Assembly: GCA_963719945.1 (NCBI GenBank)
Contig: CAVRDX010000004.1
Coordinates: forward strand, 1-64,000
Length of the DNA stretch: 64,000 nt
Direction of reading: 5' to 3'
DNA from: an uncultured Thermoplasmata archaeon
Lineage (GTDB): Archaea > Thermoplasmatota > Thermoplasmata > UBA10834
Shown: positions 49,789 to 59,700 of the stretch, piece by piece
Layout: each line of letters begins with the position of its first letter
How positions within the stretch are numbered: position 1 is the first letter of the stretch
Position numbers and translations under genes: made by a program
The notes under the pieces: model-generated
Database searches by the model: none
What the model was told of the DNA's origin: nothing
What the model saw: the letters and a program-made list of their open reading frames with translations, nothing else

Positions 49789-50853
49789 TCAGTGACCGCT
49801 ATCCTCTAATCTACCCCAAGTCAGCAAGCGCTCTGAAAGATTGGCAGGAGCTGAGCGATGATGTATGCTGGCTGGCCAAATCATGGATGATGTCACGACG
49901 ATTGCTCCAATCAACCCCAGGATAGATCCAGGGCCGATATTTGCGTGGCAGATCAGATATCCGACCCAGTGGAAATCTGCTAACAGCAGGCTGTCATCTA
50001 CTACCACTCGGTCCCCAGATATTCCATTAAGAATCCAAAGATATGCAGATGCCCCCATCAGTTGGAGGAGACCACCTATCGGCGATATTGCGGATACCAT
50101 GACGCCGGCAAGGAAGAGCAACATGCAAGCCGCAATTATCGCGTAACTGACACCTGAGAGATTTGTGATAGAGTATGCGTCTTGATCTGGCGAGCCGGTA
50201 AGATAATGCGAAGGGTAATCGAGGAAGATGGTCGTCGGCGAGATGGGATGGTCAACAACGACACTGCCCCAGGGAAGCATCAGTGACAAGAGAGAAATCA
50301 TCAGTCCGATTGTGCACAATAGATTTATCTTGGACCGCCAAAAATCCCGCGGACGGATAGTGAGTAGTCGGGCGGAGATATCAGAACGATGAACCTTGGA
50401 TGAGTAGCCAAGTGGTAGAAGCAATCCGATAATCGTGATAACTGCAGCCGAGAATGCCATCCATAGACCAGGCCCCGGCATCATTGTAGGCCATGTCAGT
50501 TCTGCAATGTCACGTCCTGGACCCGTTCTGGGAAAAAGAGATGTGTATTCGTATTCTGAAATGTGGATGAGAGCAATTGATGCCCCCATCAACAGAATGG
50601 GACCTGCCAAGGGTGTAATAAATGCCATTAAGACCGCGATTAAGAAGATCAGCATCGGCGCATCGACTGATATGGTTTTGTAATGATTGAATCCAAGAAA
50701 CGCATCCAGAGGAGTTTCTGTAGGCACCAATAGCTCGCCGAAGTCCGTAGATGTCGGGGCGTGCCAAGGGAGAAATAAAGCAATTATGCCAAGAATCAGC
50801 CCCACTAGACAGATGATGTTGGCATCCCATTTCCTCAATCTATCGAACACCAA
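49789..50853 (-). CDS. Membrane protein with internal two-fold repeat
   Basis: NIICLVGLILGIIALFLPW versus NLLCTIGLMISLLSLMLPW; ISARLLT versus LSERLLT. Confidence 0.72.
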   Translation of the reverse strand: MVFDRLRKWDANIICLVGLILGIIALFLPWHAPTSTDFGELLVPTETPLDAFLGFNHYKTISVDAPMLIFLIAVLMAFITPLAGPILLMGASIALIHISEYEYTSLFPRTGPGRDIAELTWPTMMPGPGLWMAFSAAVITIIGLLLPLGYSSKVHRSDISARLLTIRPRDFWRSKINLLCTIGLMISLLSLMLPWGSVVVDHPISPTTIFLDYPSHYLTGSPDQDAYSITNLSGVSYAIIAACMLLFLAGVMVSAISPIGGLLQLMGASAYLWILNGISGDRVVVDDSLLLADFHWVGYLICHANIGPGSILGLIGAIVVTSSMIWPASIHHRSAPANLSERLLTWGRLEDSGH

Positions 50854-50884
50854 ACGCGATGAGCGAGAGAACGCTATAAAAATC

Positions 50885-51679
50885 CTATTCGGATGACAAT
50901 TCCTTAATCCGAGCCTTCTCGAACTCCGTCTCGAGTTCCGCTAGGACCTTCCCCCGTATCTCGATGAATTCGGAATCGGTGCGGTCCCTCGGACGAGGGA
51001 TGGTTATGGGAATGATCTTCTTCACGGTTCCAGGCCTTGCGGTCATGACCACGATCTTATCTGCGAGGAAGACTGCTTCGTCAACGGAGTGGGTCACGAA
51101 TAGCACCGTCTTCTTTTCAGCGAGCCATATTCTGAGCAGTTCCTTCTGCATCAGGTTCCTGGTCTGGGCGTCGAGCGAGCCGAATGGCTCGTCCATCAGA
51201 AGCACATCAGGATCGTTGGCCAGTGCGCGGGCTATCGCAACTCGTTGTTTCATGCCACCGGACAACTGCTTGGGGTGAGCGTCTTCGAAACCATTCAGAC
51301 CGACGAGCGCCAGAAGACGCGTGGATATCTCCTTCCTCTTCTCTTCCGGAACGCCCTTCACTTCCAGCCCGAACTCGATGTTCTTCCTGGCGCTCCTCCA
51401 GGGGAACAGAGCGAACTCCTGGAACACCATGCCGCGATTTGGCCCGGCGTTCCTGACTTCCTTGTTGTTTATCCGGACATTTCCTGAAGTCTTTGACTCG
51501 AGACCCGCCACGATCCTGAGGACGGTTGTCTTTCCACAACCTGATGGGCCCAGCAGGCACACGAACTCCCCTTCATCCACTTCGAGATTGAAATGGGAGA
51601 CCGCGATTACCCGGCTCTTGTCCTTTGTGAATTCCTTGGAGAGGTCCAATAGCGAGATGTTCACTTCATGCCCATCCAT
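50885..51679 (-). CDS. NitT/TauT-family ABC ATPase
   Basis: GPSGCGKT, FQEFALFPW, LSGGMKQR, MDEPFG, VTHS. Confidence 0.95.
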   Translation of the reverse strand: MDGHEVNISLLDLSKEFTKDKSRVIAVSHFNLEVDEGEFVCLLGPSGCGKTTVLRIVAGLESKTSGNVRINNKEVRNAGPNRGMVFQEFALFPWRSARKNIEFGLEVKGVPEEKRKEISTRLLALVGLNGFEDAHPKQLSGGMKQRVAIARALANDPDVLLMDEPFGSLDAQTRNLMQKELLRIWLAEKKTVLFVTHSVDEAVFLADKIVVMTARPGTVKKIIPITIPRPRDRTDSEFIEIRGKVLAELETEFEKARIKELSSE

Positions 51680-52485
51680 CTGTAAACCCTCCCTTCGATC
51701 TGTCCAGCGATGCCGGTCGTCAGAACGCTGAGTAAGCCTATGACCGCCATCCCGGCATACATGTATTCATATCTGCCAACGTTTGATGATGCATATATGT
51801 AATAGCCGACGCCCCCACCGACTGCACCCAGCATCTCAGCAGCAACGATACACATCCATCCGATACCAAGGCCGACCTTGATGCCCGTCATGAGATAGGG
51901 CAATGCGAATGGAAGGATGACCTTGGAGAATATGTCTATCCTTCTGGCTCCGAGTGTCTTCGCAGCATCGATCAGAACTGTATCTACACTCCTCACACCG
52001 AACACGACGTTGAGCAGAATCGGGAAGAATATGCCGAGGAAGACGATCCAAATCGGCCCCCATATTATCCCGAATACGAGCATGAACAATGGGATCCAGG
52101 CAAGCGGAGGAATGGGTCTGAATATCTCCACTATCGGCTTGCCGATGGCTTCGGCACCCTTCATCGCGCCCATCAGCAGACCTGCTGGAAGTGCAATCGC
52201 CAGGGCGAGCCCGAATCCAAGAACGATCCGTTTGAGACTGGAAATGATGTGGTCGTGCATGTAAAGATTAGTCGCAGGGTCCCGGGTCACGAAGGAATCG
52301 ATGAACGCTTCCGCGACCTCAGCAGGATAAGGTATGAATCCTGCATAGTGAGATCCCGTGTCATCGAGATACCATGCACAAGCATGCCAGACTAGGACAA
52401 ATACGCAGATTGACAGGAGCCCTAGGGCTATTGTCTTCCCGTTATCACGGAGTAGCTTCGCCATCTGCGACAGGATATTCTCCAT
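51661..52485 (-). CDS. NitT/TauT-family ABC permease
   Basis: RPIPPLAWIP, DAAKTLGA, IVAAEM. Confidence 0.94.
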   Translation of the reverse strand: MENILSQMAKLLRDNGKTIALGLLSICVFVLVWHACAWYLDDTGSHYAGFIPYPAEVAEAFIDSFVTRDPATNLYMHDHIISSLKRIVLGFGLALAIALPAGLLMGAMKGAEAIGKPIVEIFRPIPPLAWIPLFMLVFGIIWGPIWIVFLGIFFPILLNVVFGVRSVDTVLIDAAKTLGARRIDIFSKVILPFALPYLMTGIKVGLGIGWMCIVAAEMLGAVGGGVGYYIYASSNVGRYEYMYAGMAVIGLLSVLTTGIAGQIEGRVYRWMGMK

Positions 52486-52536
52486 ATGGCCCCCAGTTCT
52501 AGCGTGATGCAATGCACGGAGATAGAGATTTGGGGA

Positions 52537-53646
52537 TCAGGTCCTGATCTCCAGATCCAAACCCTCCTTCTGCAAAGTGATCTTCAGGAGCAGGAACTGT
52601 ATTGAAGATTCGCCGGGAGTGGCGACGGTCTTGTTGACCAGATCGGCGACGCTTGTTATCCCTGAACCTGTCCTGACCACCAGTCCGCTTCCCTCGCTGT
52701 TCGCCTGAGAGATTATTGTGACATCGACTCCAGCATTAAGGTGCTGAAGTAGTGCAGGTGGAGCACCGAGATAGCCAATATCTACATTGCCTGCTGCGAA
52801 TTGAGTCATTACCGCGCCACCGTTGGCAAATGGTGCACCAGTCGCGTTGACCACATCAACGCCATACTTCTCGAACATCGTCTGGTCACCCAATACGCGG
52901 GTATCCTGAGCAACGAATTGTGCGAGCTGATGCAGGTCCCCATTAAGGAATCCGAGTCTGATCGGCGAGTCTGGATTCAGTATGGTCGAACTTGGCTCGA
53001 TGTCGACCGCGCCTTCGAGCAAAGATTGGTCGACATATTCATTCACGAAGTCGTTCACGGACGAGTACCCCTGGTTCTCAAGAGCGGCATCAGTCGTCAT
53101 GTTGGTGTCTATGTACATCTGAGTGAACTCTTCGAGGGCTGATGTGAAAGTCGCCCCCATCGCGTAACCATATATCATATGATCCAACGCGGCTTTTACG
53201 ACCGATTCGTTCCTCAACGTGAAATCCATCGCAAGTGTGACTAGCAGAGTGTAATTCTCTCCCTCCGGATCCTGCAAGGCATCGACCATCCAGTCTGTCG
53301 CATCCATATGGGCTTTCAGGAACCGCTCTGACAGCTCAGTACCATCTGTCGATCCGAGGAAATCATTCGACACCGCAACGATACAACATGGATGATTGGG
53401 CATCATGTCTTCAGACAGGAGCAGTATCTCGCCCGCACCACCGACGACCGAATCGGAAACATATGGTTCCCAGGCGATGTATGCGTCGATCTGTCCAGAT
53501 ACCAATGCAGCATTCATATTGCTTGGAGCCAGGGTGATGTAGTAGACCGATCCTGATGCATTCTTGCTGAGGAGCAGCGTTGCTCCGATTATTCCGACCA
53601 CCACTATCGCCGCGACTGCTATGGCGATTATGATTTTCCTGTCCAT
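52537..53646 (-). CDS. NitT/TauT (SsuA/NMT1-like) substrate-binding protein, circularly permuted
   Basis: N-terminal TM anchor; GQIDAYIAWEP and HPCC come before IRLGFL...GNVDIGYLGAPP...KTVATPG. Confidence 0.88.
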   Translation of the reverse strand: MDRKIIIAIAVAAIVVVGIIGATLLLSKNASGSVYYITLAPSNMNAALVSGQIDAYIAWEPYVSDSVVGGAGEILLLSEDMMPNHPCCIVAVSNDFLGSTDGTELSERFLKAHMDATDWMVDALQDPEGENYTLLVTLAMDFTLRNESVVKAALDHMIYGYAMGATFTSALEEFTQMYIDTNMTTDAALENQGYSSVNDFVNEYVDQSLLEGAVDIEPSSTILNPDSPIRLGFLNGDLHQLAQFVAQDTRVLGDQTMFEKYGVDVVNATGAPFANGGAVMTQFAAGNVDIGYLGAPPALLQHLNAGVDVTIISQANSEGSGLVVRTGSGITSVADLVNKTVATPGESSIQFLLLKITLQKEGLDLEIRT

Positions 53647-53694
53647 GGTATCGTCCTTATGATGGGATTGATGGCGAGATATTAAGCATTTCCC

Positions 53695-53726
53695 ACAATT
53701 GTACCATTATGATGATACAATTGTAT
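53695..53726. promoter_or_regulatory. Tandem ACAATTGT palindromes in a divergent promoter (putative operator)
   Basis: ACAATTGT at 53695-53702 and ATACAATTGTAT at 53715-53726. Confidence 0.7.
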
Positions 53727-53763
53727 AAATATTGACTCTGATATTATACAAATAGGACAACTC

Positions 53764-54285
53764 ATGGACAATTATAGGAGATTGCTGTCCTCATCCATGC
53801 AGTCGGACGAGGCGCTGAGGAAAGAATTGGCCGAGGTGCTGGAGTCCATCGGCCTGACCGTGCAGGAATTCTCAAGGAGAGCGGGAGTGTCGCCGAGCAC
53901 GATATACAAGATCATAAACGAGGATCGCGCACCAAGCCTGGATGTTCTCAGACGGATTTTGACCACTGTCAGGGAAGTCGAGGGTAGAAAGGCTGGTAAA
54001 TTCATCGCAGTCATAGCTGCGAGGCACGTCCTGGAAGAGGTCGTTGAACGGTCGGTCCAAATAGGCAGTGGGAGCGTGAGGGTGAGAGAATATCCCGCAT
54101 CGACTGTAGAAGATGCGATCGTCGCAGCCATAAGAGCGGAGAGAGATGGCGCGATAGCCGTCGTCTGTGCACCGATCGTAAGCTATACGATAGAGAAGGT
54201 CGTGGATATTCCGATAGCGACCATCATGCCGAGGGACAGCGTCACAGAGGCCATACGGCTTGCAGCGCGGAAGTCGAAGAACTAG
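53764..54285 (+). CDS. XRE-type HTH regulator with C-terminal domain (COG2522-like)
   Basis: TVQEFSRRAGVSPSTIYKI; IAVIAAR...VCAPIVS. Confidence 0.85.
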   Translation: MDNYRRLLSSSMQSDEALRKELAEVLESIGLTVQEFSRRAGVSPSTIYKIINEDRAPSLDVLRRILTTVREVEGRKAGKFIAVIAARHVLEEVVERSVQIGSGSVRVREYPASTVEDAIVAAIRAERDGAIAVVCAPIVSYTIEKVVDIPIATIMPRDSVTEAIRLAARKSKN

Positions 54286-55019
54286 AGGTGAATTATCTCC
54301 ACGTTCAGATCGAGATCCACCGTGACCAATTCACCGTTTCTGACCTCGTCGATCCGACCAGCATATCCCAGGTGCGTCTGCTGATAGAGTATCACTTTGT
54401 CAGAGCATCTTGAGACATTCATCGTGTAGTACCAGGAATCCTTCTCCCGCGAGTACCCCCTGTAGCCATATAGTCTCTTCCCGTCCGATACCAACAGCAT
54501 CAACCCGGTGAATTCATGACCTCTGATATCCTCTTTGACCAGGGTTTCGATAGCGGACCTCATGGATTTCTTCTCATCCAGGCGGTCGAGGAGAGTCATG
54601 AATACCCGCTCACTGTCCGTCTGGCCCAACGGATTCCTCGAAGTGTTCGGATGGAATTTCCTGACGGTGCCGTTATGGGCGAACACGATACCATCGGATA
54701 TGAACGGATGAGTGTTTGACAGAGATCGACTGCCTTCGGACCCCCTACGAGCATGAGCGATCAGAATGTTCGGGCCCTCCAGCCTCGCGACATCTTCGAG
54801 AGCTGCATCGAATGATGGGTCCAGATGCATAGGCCGCTCGCTCTTGCCCAATAGCCTCGAAGATCCGGTTGAGAATGTGGCAATCCCCCAGCCATCCCTA
54901 TGGCCGAGTTCTTCTTCCCCCCTATCGGGCACTTCTCCCAGCTCAGATACATGTTGAAGATCTTTCAGAGCTCCTATCGGGAACTTGTCTCTGAACACAC
55001 CACCAACCATTCTACACAT
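54282..55019 (-). CDS. Class II glutamine amidotransferase (YafJ/EgtC-like)
   Basis: MCR N-terminus, HRDGWG, AHAR, NTHPF, AHNG, TDSE. Confidence 0.9.
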   Translation of the reverse strand: MCRMVGGVFRDKFPIGALKDLQHVSELGEVPDRGEEELGHRDGWGIATFSTGSSRLLGKSERPMHLDPSFDAALEDVARLEGPNILIAHARRGSEGSRSLSNTHPFISDGIVFAHNGTVRKFHPNTSRNPLGQTDSERVFMTLLDRLDEKKSMRSAIETLVKEDIRGHEFTGLMLLVSDGKRLYGYRGYSREKDSWYYTMNVSRCSDKVILYQQTHLGYAGRIDEVRNGELVTVDLDLNVEIIHL

Positions 55020-55041
55020 TGAACCTACCTCGATAGATGAT

Positions 55042-55578
55042 TCAAACCACGCGGTGTTCGATTATCACTTCGCAGGACATTGAATTGGTCACGAGACATT
55101 TTCGCTTGGTCATCTCCAGAGCTTTCTCCAGGTTCGCCATCTTTGAACCCTCTTCGAAGGATATCTCTGGATACATCGTGATCCTGACAAACCTTTTGGA
55201 GCCTTCAACGGTCTGCAGATCGCCGACGGCCCTGCACTTGTAATCAAGCACCTTCAAGCCCAAACCTGCTGCAATAGATCTAAAGACTATCTGAAAGCAC
55301 ATGTTGGCTGCACCTATGAAGGCGTCCTCCGGCGTCATAGGGCCCTTCATCCCATTCAGCTCAATTGGAGGTGAGTACTCGACACTCATTCCGTTCTGAC
55401 AATGCATCGTTCCTGGAAAATCGCCTGTGAATTCCACAGTGGTCTCGAAATCCATCATTATCGGGTTCACTAGAGGATATTCTGGATTTATAATATCCCA
55501 TTGGAGCTTCCGCTCTTTCAGAGAAAAATAAAAAGAATGGGGGGAAGTTGGATTATCCTGAGTTTGATCAACCCTCAT
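55042..55578 (-). CDS. OsmC-family protein
   Basis: TPEDAFIGAANMCF and KCLVTNS Cys pair. Confidence 0.85.
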   Translation of the reverse strand: MRVDQTQDNPTSPHSFYFSLKERKLQWDIINPEYPLVNPIMMDFETTVEFTGDFPGTMHCQNGMSVEYSPPIELNGMKGPMTPEDAFIGAANMCFQIVFRSIAAGLGLKVLDYKCRAVGDLQTVEGSKRFVRITMYPEISFEEGSKMANLEKALEMTKRKCLVTNSMSCEVIIEHRVV

Positions 55579-55988
55579 GCCAAGTGTTTCTTCAGCTGAG
55601 ACTCGAGCATCGGTCTTGGAAGAGCACCAACGGTCTTGTCGACCAGGACGCCGTTCTTGAAATAGAGCAAGGTGGGGATGCTCATTATCCTGAATTTGCT
55701 CGCCACATTGATGTTCTCATCAGTGTTCAGCTTCGTGAAGACCACTTTGCCCTTGTAGTCCCTCGCCATTGCATCGATCGTCGGGGAGAGAGATCTGCAC
55801 GGGCCGCACCATGGAGCCCAGCAATCAACGACGACATTCGGATACTTCTTTATCGTATCTTCGAAGTCCTCGTCCGTCACCACGACCGGTGCGCTAGGAA
55901 AGCCATTTCCACCGGATTGCGTGGAGCCAACTGCCTTAGTCAATTCTTCCATCTTCCTCTGTCGTATCTCTTCGAGTTCGGATGACAT
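55575..55988 (-). CDS. trxA: Thioredoxin
   Basis: WCGPC, SIPT. Confidence 0.95.
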   Translation of the reverse strand: MSSELEEIRQRKMEELTKAVGSTQSGGNGFPSAPVVVTDEDFEDTIKKYPNVVVDCWAPWCGPCRSLSPTIDAMARDYKGKVVFTKLNTDENINVASKFRIMSIPTLLYFKNGVLVDKTVGALPRPMLESQLKKHLA

Positions 55989-56169
55989 GTATTTCACCGC
56001 ATTTGCACGCTTGTGCCATTTATCTACATTACCGATTGTGAATTGATTACTTAACCATTGCGACGTAGAAGCGTGTTTTATTGCTCAAGACGAAGTCTTG
56101 AGAGGAGAATACTGGACCAAGAGAAACTATTTAACCAGAATAGCACGATACGGTCGATAGGGATGCAGG

Positions 56170-56448
56170 ATGCTTTCAGAAGCTTCTGAGCTTATCGGAT
56201 TGCAGGTCTATACAAATCAGGGTATCTATCTAGGGAACATCTCGAACCTCGTAGTTGAGGTCGACGAAAACAAGGTTCAAGGGCTGTTCATTAGCAGCAC
56301 TAACCCGCTGTTGGTCGAGGGGTCCAAATCGGTGAATGTTCCGTTTAGATGGATCAATTCAGTCGGTGACATAGTCATTCTGAAGTACTTCCCAAAGAGG
56401 GTGGCACTGAAGAGAGGCTCCAAGAAGACTGAGAAGTCCAACAAGTAA
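56170..56448 (+). CDS. PRC-barrel protein (CdpB-like)
   Basis: LIGLQVYTNQGIYLG...VPFRWINSVGDIVIL. Confidence 0.85.
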   Translation: MLSEASELIGLQVYTNQGIYLGNISNLVVEVDENKVQGLFISSTNPLLVEGSKSVNVPFRWINSVGDIVILKYFPKRVALKRGSKKTEKSNK

Positions 56449-56497
56449 ATCGTTGTTTTCGCAAGGCATTTATCCTCTGCGAGCCCTCAACTCGTTT

Positions 56498-57007
56498 GTG
56501 TCAGAACCACGAGTAGACCCTACTTGCTACGTCGCGCCAGAATCGGTCATAATCGGTGACGTCGTCATAGAAAGAGGTTGCAGCATCTGGCCCTACGCTG
56601 TCATCCGAGCGGATCTATCCGAGGTCAGGATAGGGGAAGGGTCGAGTGTTCAAGAGCATTGTCAGATCCATGGTAATCCCGGCAAGCCGACCATCATTGG
56701 AAAGAATGTCTCGATCGGCCATGGAGCGATCGTACATGCAGCGAAGATAGGGGATTATGTGATCATCGGAATGAATTCATCCGTGCTCGACGGTGCTGAT
56801 GTCGGCAGCGGCTCGATAATAGGGGCCAATGCACTCGTAAAGGCAGGCATGAAAGTGCCTTCAGGCAGTCTGGTCGTAGGGGTTCCTGCCAAGATAGTCA
56901 AGGAAGGTGACGCCACGCTCATTGAAGCAGCCAAGAGAAACGCCGAGGAGTATCACAAGTTGAGGGACGCTCACAAACGCGGCGAGTTCGCCAGATACAA
57001 GCATTGA
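56498..57007 (+). CDS. Gamma carbonic anhydrase family protein
   Basis: Hexapeptide repeats, IRAD, Q...H, IGHGAIVH. Confidence 0.9.
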   Translation: MSEPRVDPTCYVAPESVIIGDVVIERGCSIWPYAVIRADLSEVRIGEGSSVQEHCQIHGNPGKPTIIGKNVSIGHGAIVHAAKIGDYVIIGMNSSVLDGADVGSGSIIGANALVKAGMKVPSGSLVVGVPAKIVKEGDATLIEAAKRNAEEYHKLRDAHKRGEFARYKH

Positions 57008-57061
57008 GTTTTGAACACGAGCGGCGCATCTTTGATGATACCTGACGGCGATGATCGAGTC

Positions 57062-57610
57062 ATGGAGATGCGAACCTTGACCGTTTGGGATGCGATAACC
57101 ACCCGTAAAAGTATCAGGACTTTTGATGGCGCCGCGATAGAGAAAGATAAACTGGAGCGATGCCTGGAAGCTGCTAGACTGGCGCCATCGTGGGCTAACA
57201 AACAATGCTGGCAGTTCGTGCTGGTGACAGGCAAGGATGAAATCGCAAGCCTGGGCATAGTTCCCGCCCCCATCAAGAACACCCCCGCGCTCCTCATAGC
57301 CTGCGGCGACCCTGCAAAGAGCGGGGAACGCGAAGGGAAGCAATACTATCTGGTGGATGTGGCCATTGCGACCGAGCATTTCGTTCTGGAAGCGTGGGAG
57401 CAGGGGCTCGGCACATGTTGGGTAGGCGCATTCAAGGAAGACAAGGTCAGGAACGCCCTTGGCATACCGGAAGGCATCCGAATAGTGGCACTTGTGCCTG
57501 TAGGGTACCCGGCCGAAAAGGACAGTCTTATGGCCCGTGTGGCGAAGATAGTCATCGGAAGCTCCAATCGGAAAGAGCTGTCGGAGATGGTCCACTACCA
57601 GAAATGGTGA
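57062..57610 (+). CDS. Nitroreductase family protein
   Basis: RKSIR, APSWANKQ, GLGTCWV, GYP. Confidence 0.92.
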   Translation: MEMRTLTVWDAITTRKSIRTFDGAAIEKDKLERCLEAARLAPSWANKQCWQFVLVTGKDEIASLGIVPAPIKNTPALLIACGDPAKSGEREGKQYYLVDVAIATEHFVLEAWEQGLGTCWVGAFKEDKVRNALGIPEGIRIVALVPVGYPAEKDSLMARVAKIVIGSSNRKELSEMVHYQKW

Positions 57611-57611
57611 G

Positions 57612-58157
57612 TCAGCCGATGCTATCGATATCAACGCCACAGCACTCAGACAGTTCCTTGTGGAGCGCTAGAATGCGAGACGCCTGATCATGCAGATTCT
57701 TGCGCACCATCGAAGCGACCGATTCCTTGACAGTTATCCTCTTGGTCCCGTCTATGAGATTGTCGGCATGTGCCACAATCATCTCTTCGAGTGTCTTCGG
57801 GGAGTAATCCTTCTGGGGCAACCCCAATCGTCTAGCCTCGGCCCTGTCGATACCTGCCCCGACATGTCTTTCAATAATATGGATGAGCGGTGTAGGTAGC
57901 TTCAGCTTTCTACCAAGCTTCGCACCCTCGACCCCGTGGCCGATAGCGTGCGTGCGACATCTCCCGATGTCGTGAAGCATGCCTCCAGATTCGACCAGAC
58001 ATTCATCAGCATCGCACCTCCGCGCAATCTTGACTGCCAGGTTGGATACCGCGATGCAGTGCTCTACTACATCCTCGCTGCAACCGTTACCCCGAAGGAG
58101 GGAGATGCATTCATCCCTGCTTGGGAGGATTACGGGCCTTGACCTCTCTGCTGTCAA
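57612..58157 (-). CDS. HDIG/HD-domain phosphohydrolase
   Basis: EHC, LHDIGR, HGVEG, ERHVGAG, HADN. Confidence 0.88.
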   Translation of the reverse strand: MTAERSRPVILPSRDECISLLRGNGCSEDVVEHCIAVSNLAVKIARRCDADECLVESGGMLHDIGRCRTHAIGHGVEGAKLGRKLKLPTPLIHIIERHVGAGIDRAEARRLGLPQKDYSPKTLEEMIVAHADNLIDGTKRITVKESVASMVRKNLHDQASRILALHKELSECCGVDIDSIG

Positions 58158-58650
58158 TTACAGTCTTCCCCCTTGGATTGGGAACGATCTTCATCGGTCC
58201 ACCGAAGTCCTCGTTCAGGGCTTTGCCACCTGAGTGTCGATCAAGCAGGATTGCGAGTGCGGCGATCTCTGAGTGTGGCTGACTGCCCACAGATATGTTC
58301 CTGTGGGCAAGATCATAGACCTCTCGAGGAACCTTCTCCGCACCCACCACGATCAAGAGATCCTGGTCCTTGAGCGTGGGCAGGGCATCAGATAACCGCT
58401 CCCCATACATGGTCAGGTGGACTACGGTACCTTTCCATGACCTTATCGCCTTTCTCCAGTCCACACCGGTATTTATCGAGAAATCACCGCCGAACCTGCT
58501 CACCACGCTGCGCACGGACTTCTCCAGGTCATGATCCTCGGTAGAGACCCATATCTCGTCTGCGCCCAGGGCTCTCGCTGTAAGTGCAACATGCGTAGTC
58601 ACCCTCTGATCACGCTCGGGGCGATGGCCTAGCCTCAGGACGACAATCAT
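58111..58650 (-). CDS. trm56: tRNA (cytidine56-2'-O)-methyltransferase
   Basis: RLGHRPERDQRVTTHVAL, HLTMYG, GAEKVP, QPHSE. Confidence 0.96.
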   Translation of the reverse strand: MIVVLRLGHRPERDQRVTTHVALTARALGADEIWVSTEDHDLEKSVRSVVSRFGGDFSINTGVDWRKAIRSWKGTVVHLTMYGERLSDALPTLKDQDLLIVVGAEKVPREVYDLAHRNISVGSQPHSEIAALAILLDRHSGGKALNEDFGGPMKIVPNPRGKTVIDSREVKARNPPKQG

Positions 58651-58682
58651 CCTGCCACCTCAACCTCAGATACAAATGGGAA

Positions 58683-59180
58683 TCATTCTTTCACGCGCTC
58701 AATCCTGTGACCGCGGTAGTCGAGCCTGGTGCTGCGTTTCACGAGACTCTTGAGCATCGTGAATGTCACACCTAAGATTTCGGCCACGTCCCCGGCGAAC
58801 TTGCCCTGGGGGCCCACGAGGTCGACGATCTGTTTCTCGATCTTCGCAAACTCTTTCTCTTCCATAACCGCGGCTGCCAAGACATCGCTTATCTCATACA
58901 CTGGCCAGGATGCGTTAATGTGAAAAGATGTATAGTAAGTGTGGTAGGCCTTCTCCGGCTGTTGGCTCTCGGAGGTCTGCCATCTCGTCTCAACGAGCTT
59001 CATCTTCTCAAAGAACTGCAAGGCGTCTTTTCCTGCAGGACCAAATTGTTTCTCGATATCTCGGATAGTATGCCATTCGAGGGTGACTAGTTTTAAGACC
59101 TCCCTCTTCACTTTTGTGTCTACCGCCCGGAACATCGGTACTAGTTCTGCCGGTTCGGTTATGACCTTAATCCTAGTCAT
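58683..59180 (-). CDS. Conserved archaeal winged-helix (ArsR-like) protein
   Basis: KLVETRW...PEKAYHTYY pattern; first gene of a run with trm56. Confidence 0.7.
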   Translation of the reverse strand: MTRIKVITEPAELVPMFRAVDTKVKREVLKLVTLEWHTIRDIEKQFGPAGKDALQFFEKMKLVETRWQTSESQQPEKAYHTYYTSFHINASWPVYEISDVLAAAVMEEKEFAKIEKQIVDLVGPQGKFAGDVAEILGVTFTMLKSLVKRSTRLDYRGHRIERVKE

Positions 59181-59368
59181 GGACGGCCCCTATCTGAGTG
59201 CAAGAATATAAGGCTAATTGGAGTCGAAACAGAGGTTGGGAGGTATAGCTGGCTCGACCCTAAAACGCCGGCAAGGCACAGATGTGTAGCGTAAATCGGC
59301 TGCTTTCGAGAATTGGAGTGAGGTTTAAGTATGGGGAGCAACTTCGCATCGATGAGAGGCGTGCTTCA

Positions 59369-59662
59369 ATGATGGCAAAAGACCTCAAAGATAAGGCGAA
59401 AGTCGACGAATTGACAGTCACCGTCGTCGAAAAGAGTGAGCCAAGAGAGTGGAAGTCGAACTGGAGTGGGACCGGAGGTAGGGTCTGCGATGCTGTCGGC
59501 CAGGACGAGAGCGGCGAAACGGTCAACCTCACGCTCTGGAATGATGACGTTGACAAGGTCGAGGTCAACTCTCGGATAAAGATCACCAATGGCTGGGCAT
59601 CCGCGTACAAGGACAAGCTGCAAGTGAGCGCTGGCAAGTACGGGAAGCTAGAAGTCCTCTGA
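59369..59662 (+). CDS. ssb: Single OB-fold ssDNA-binding protein
   Basis: DESGETVNLTLW, KITNGW...LQVSAGKYG. Confidence 0.85.
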   Translation: MMAKDLKDKAKVDELTVTVVEKSEPREWKSNWSGTGGRVCDAVGQDESGETVNLTLWNDDVDKVEVNSRIKITNGWASAYKDKLQVSAGKYGKLEVL

Positions 59663-59700
59663 TCGTACGAGACACGCACCCACCGAAGTCATTCTTTTCT

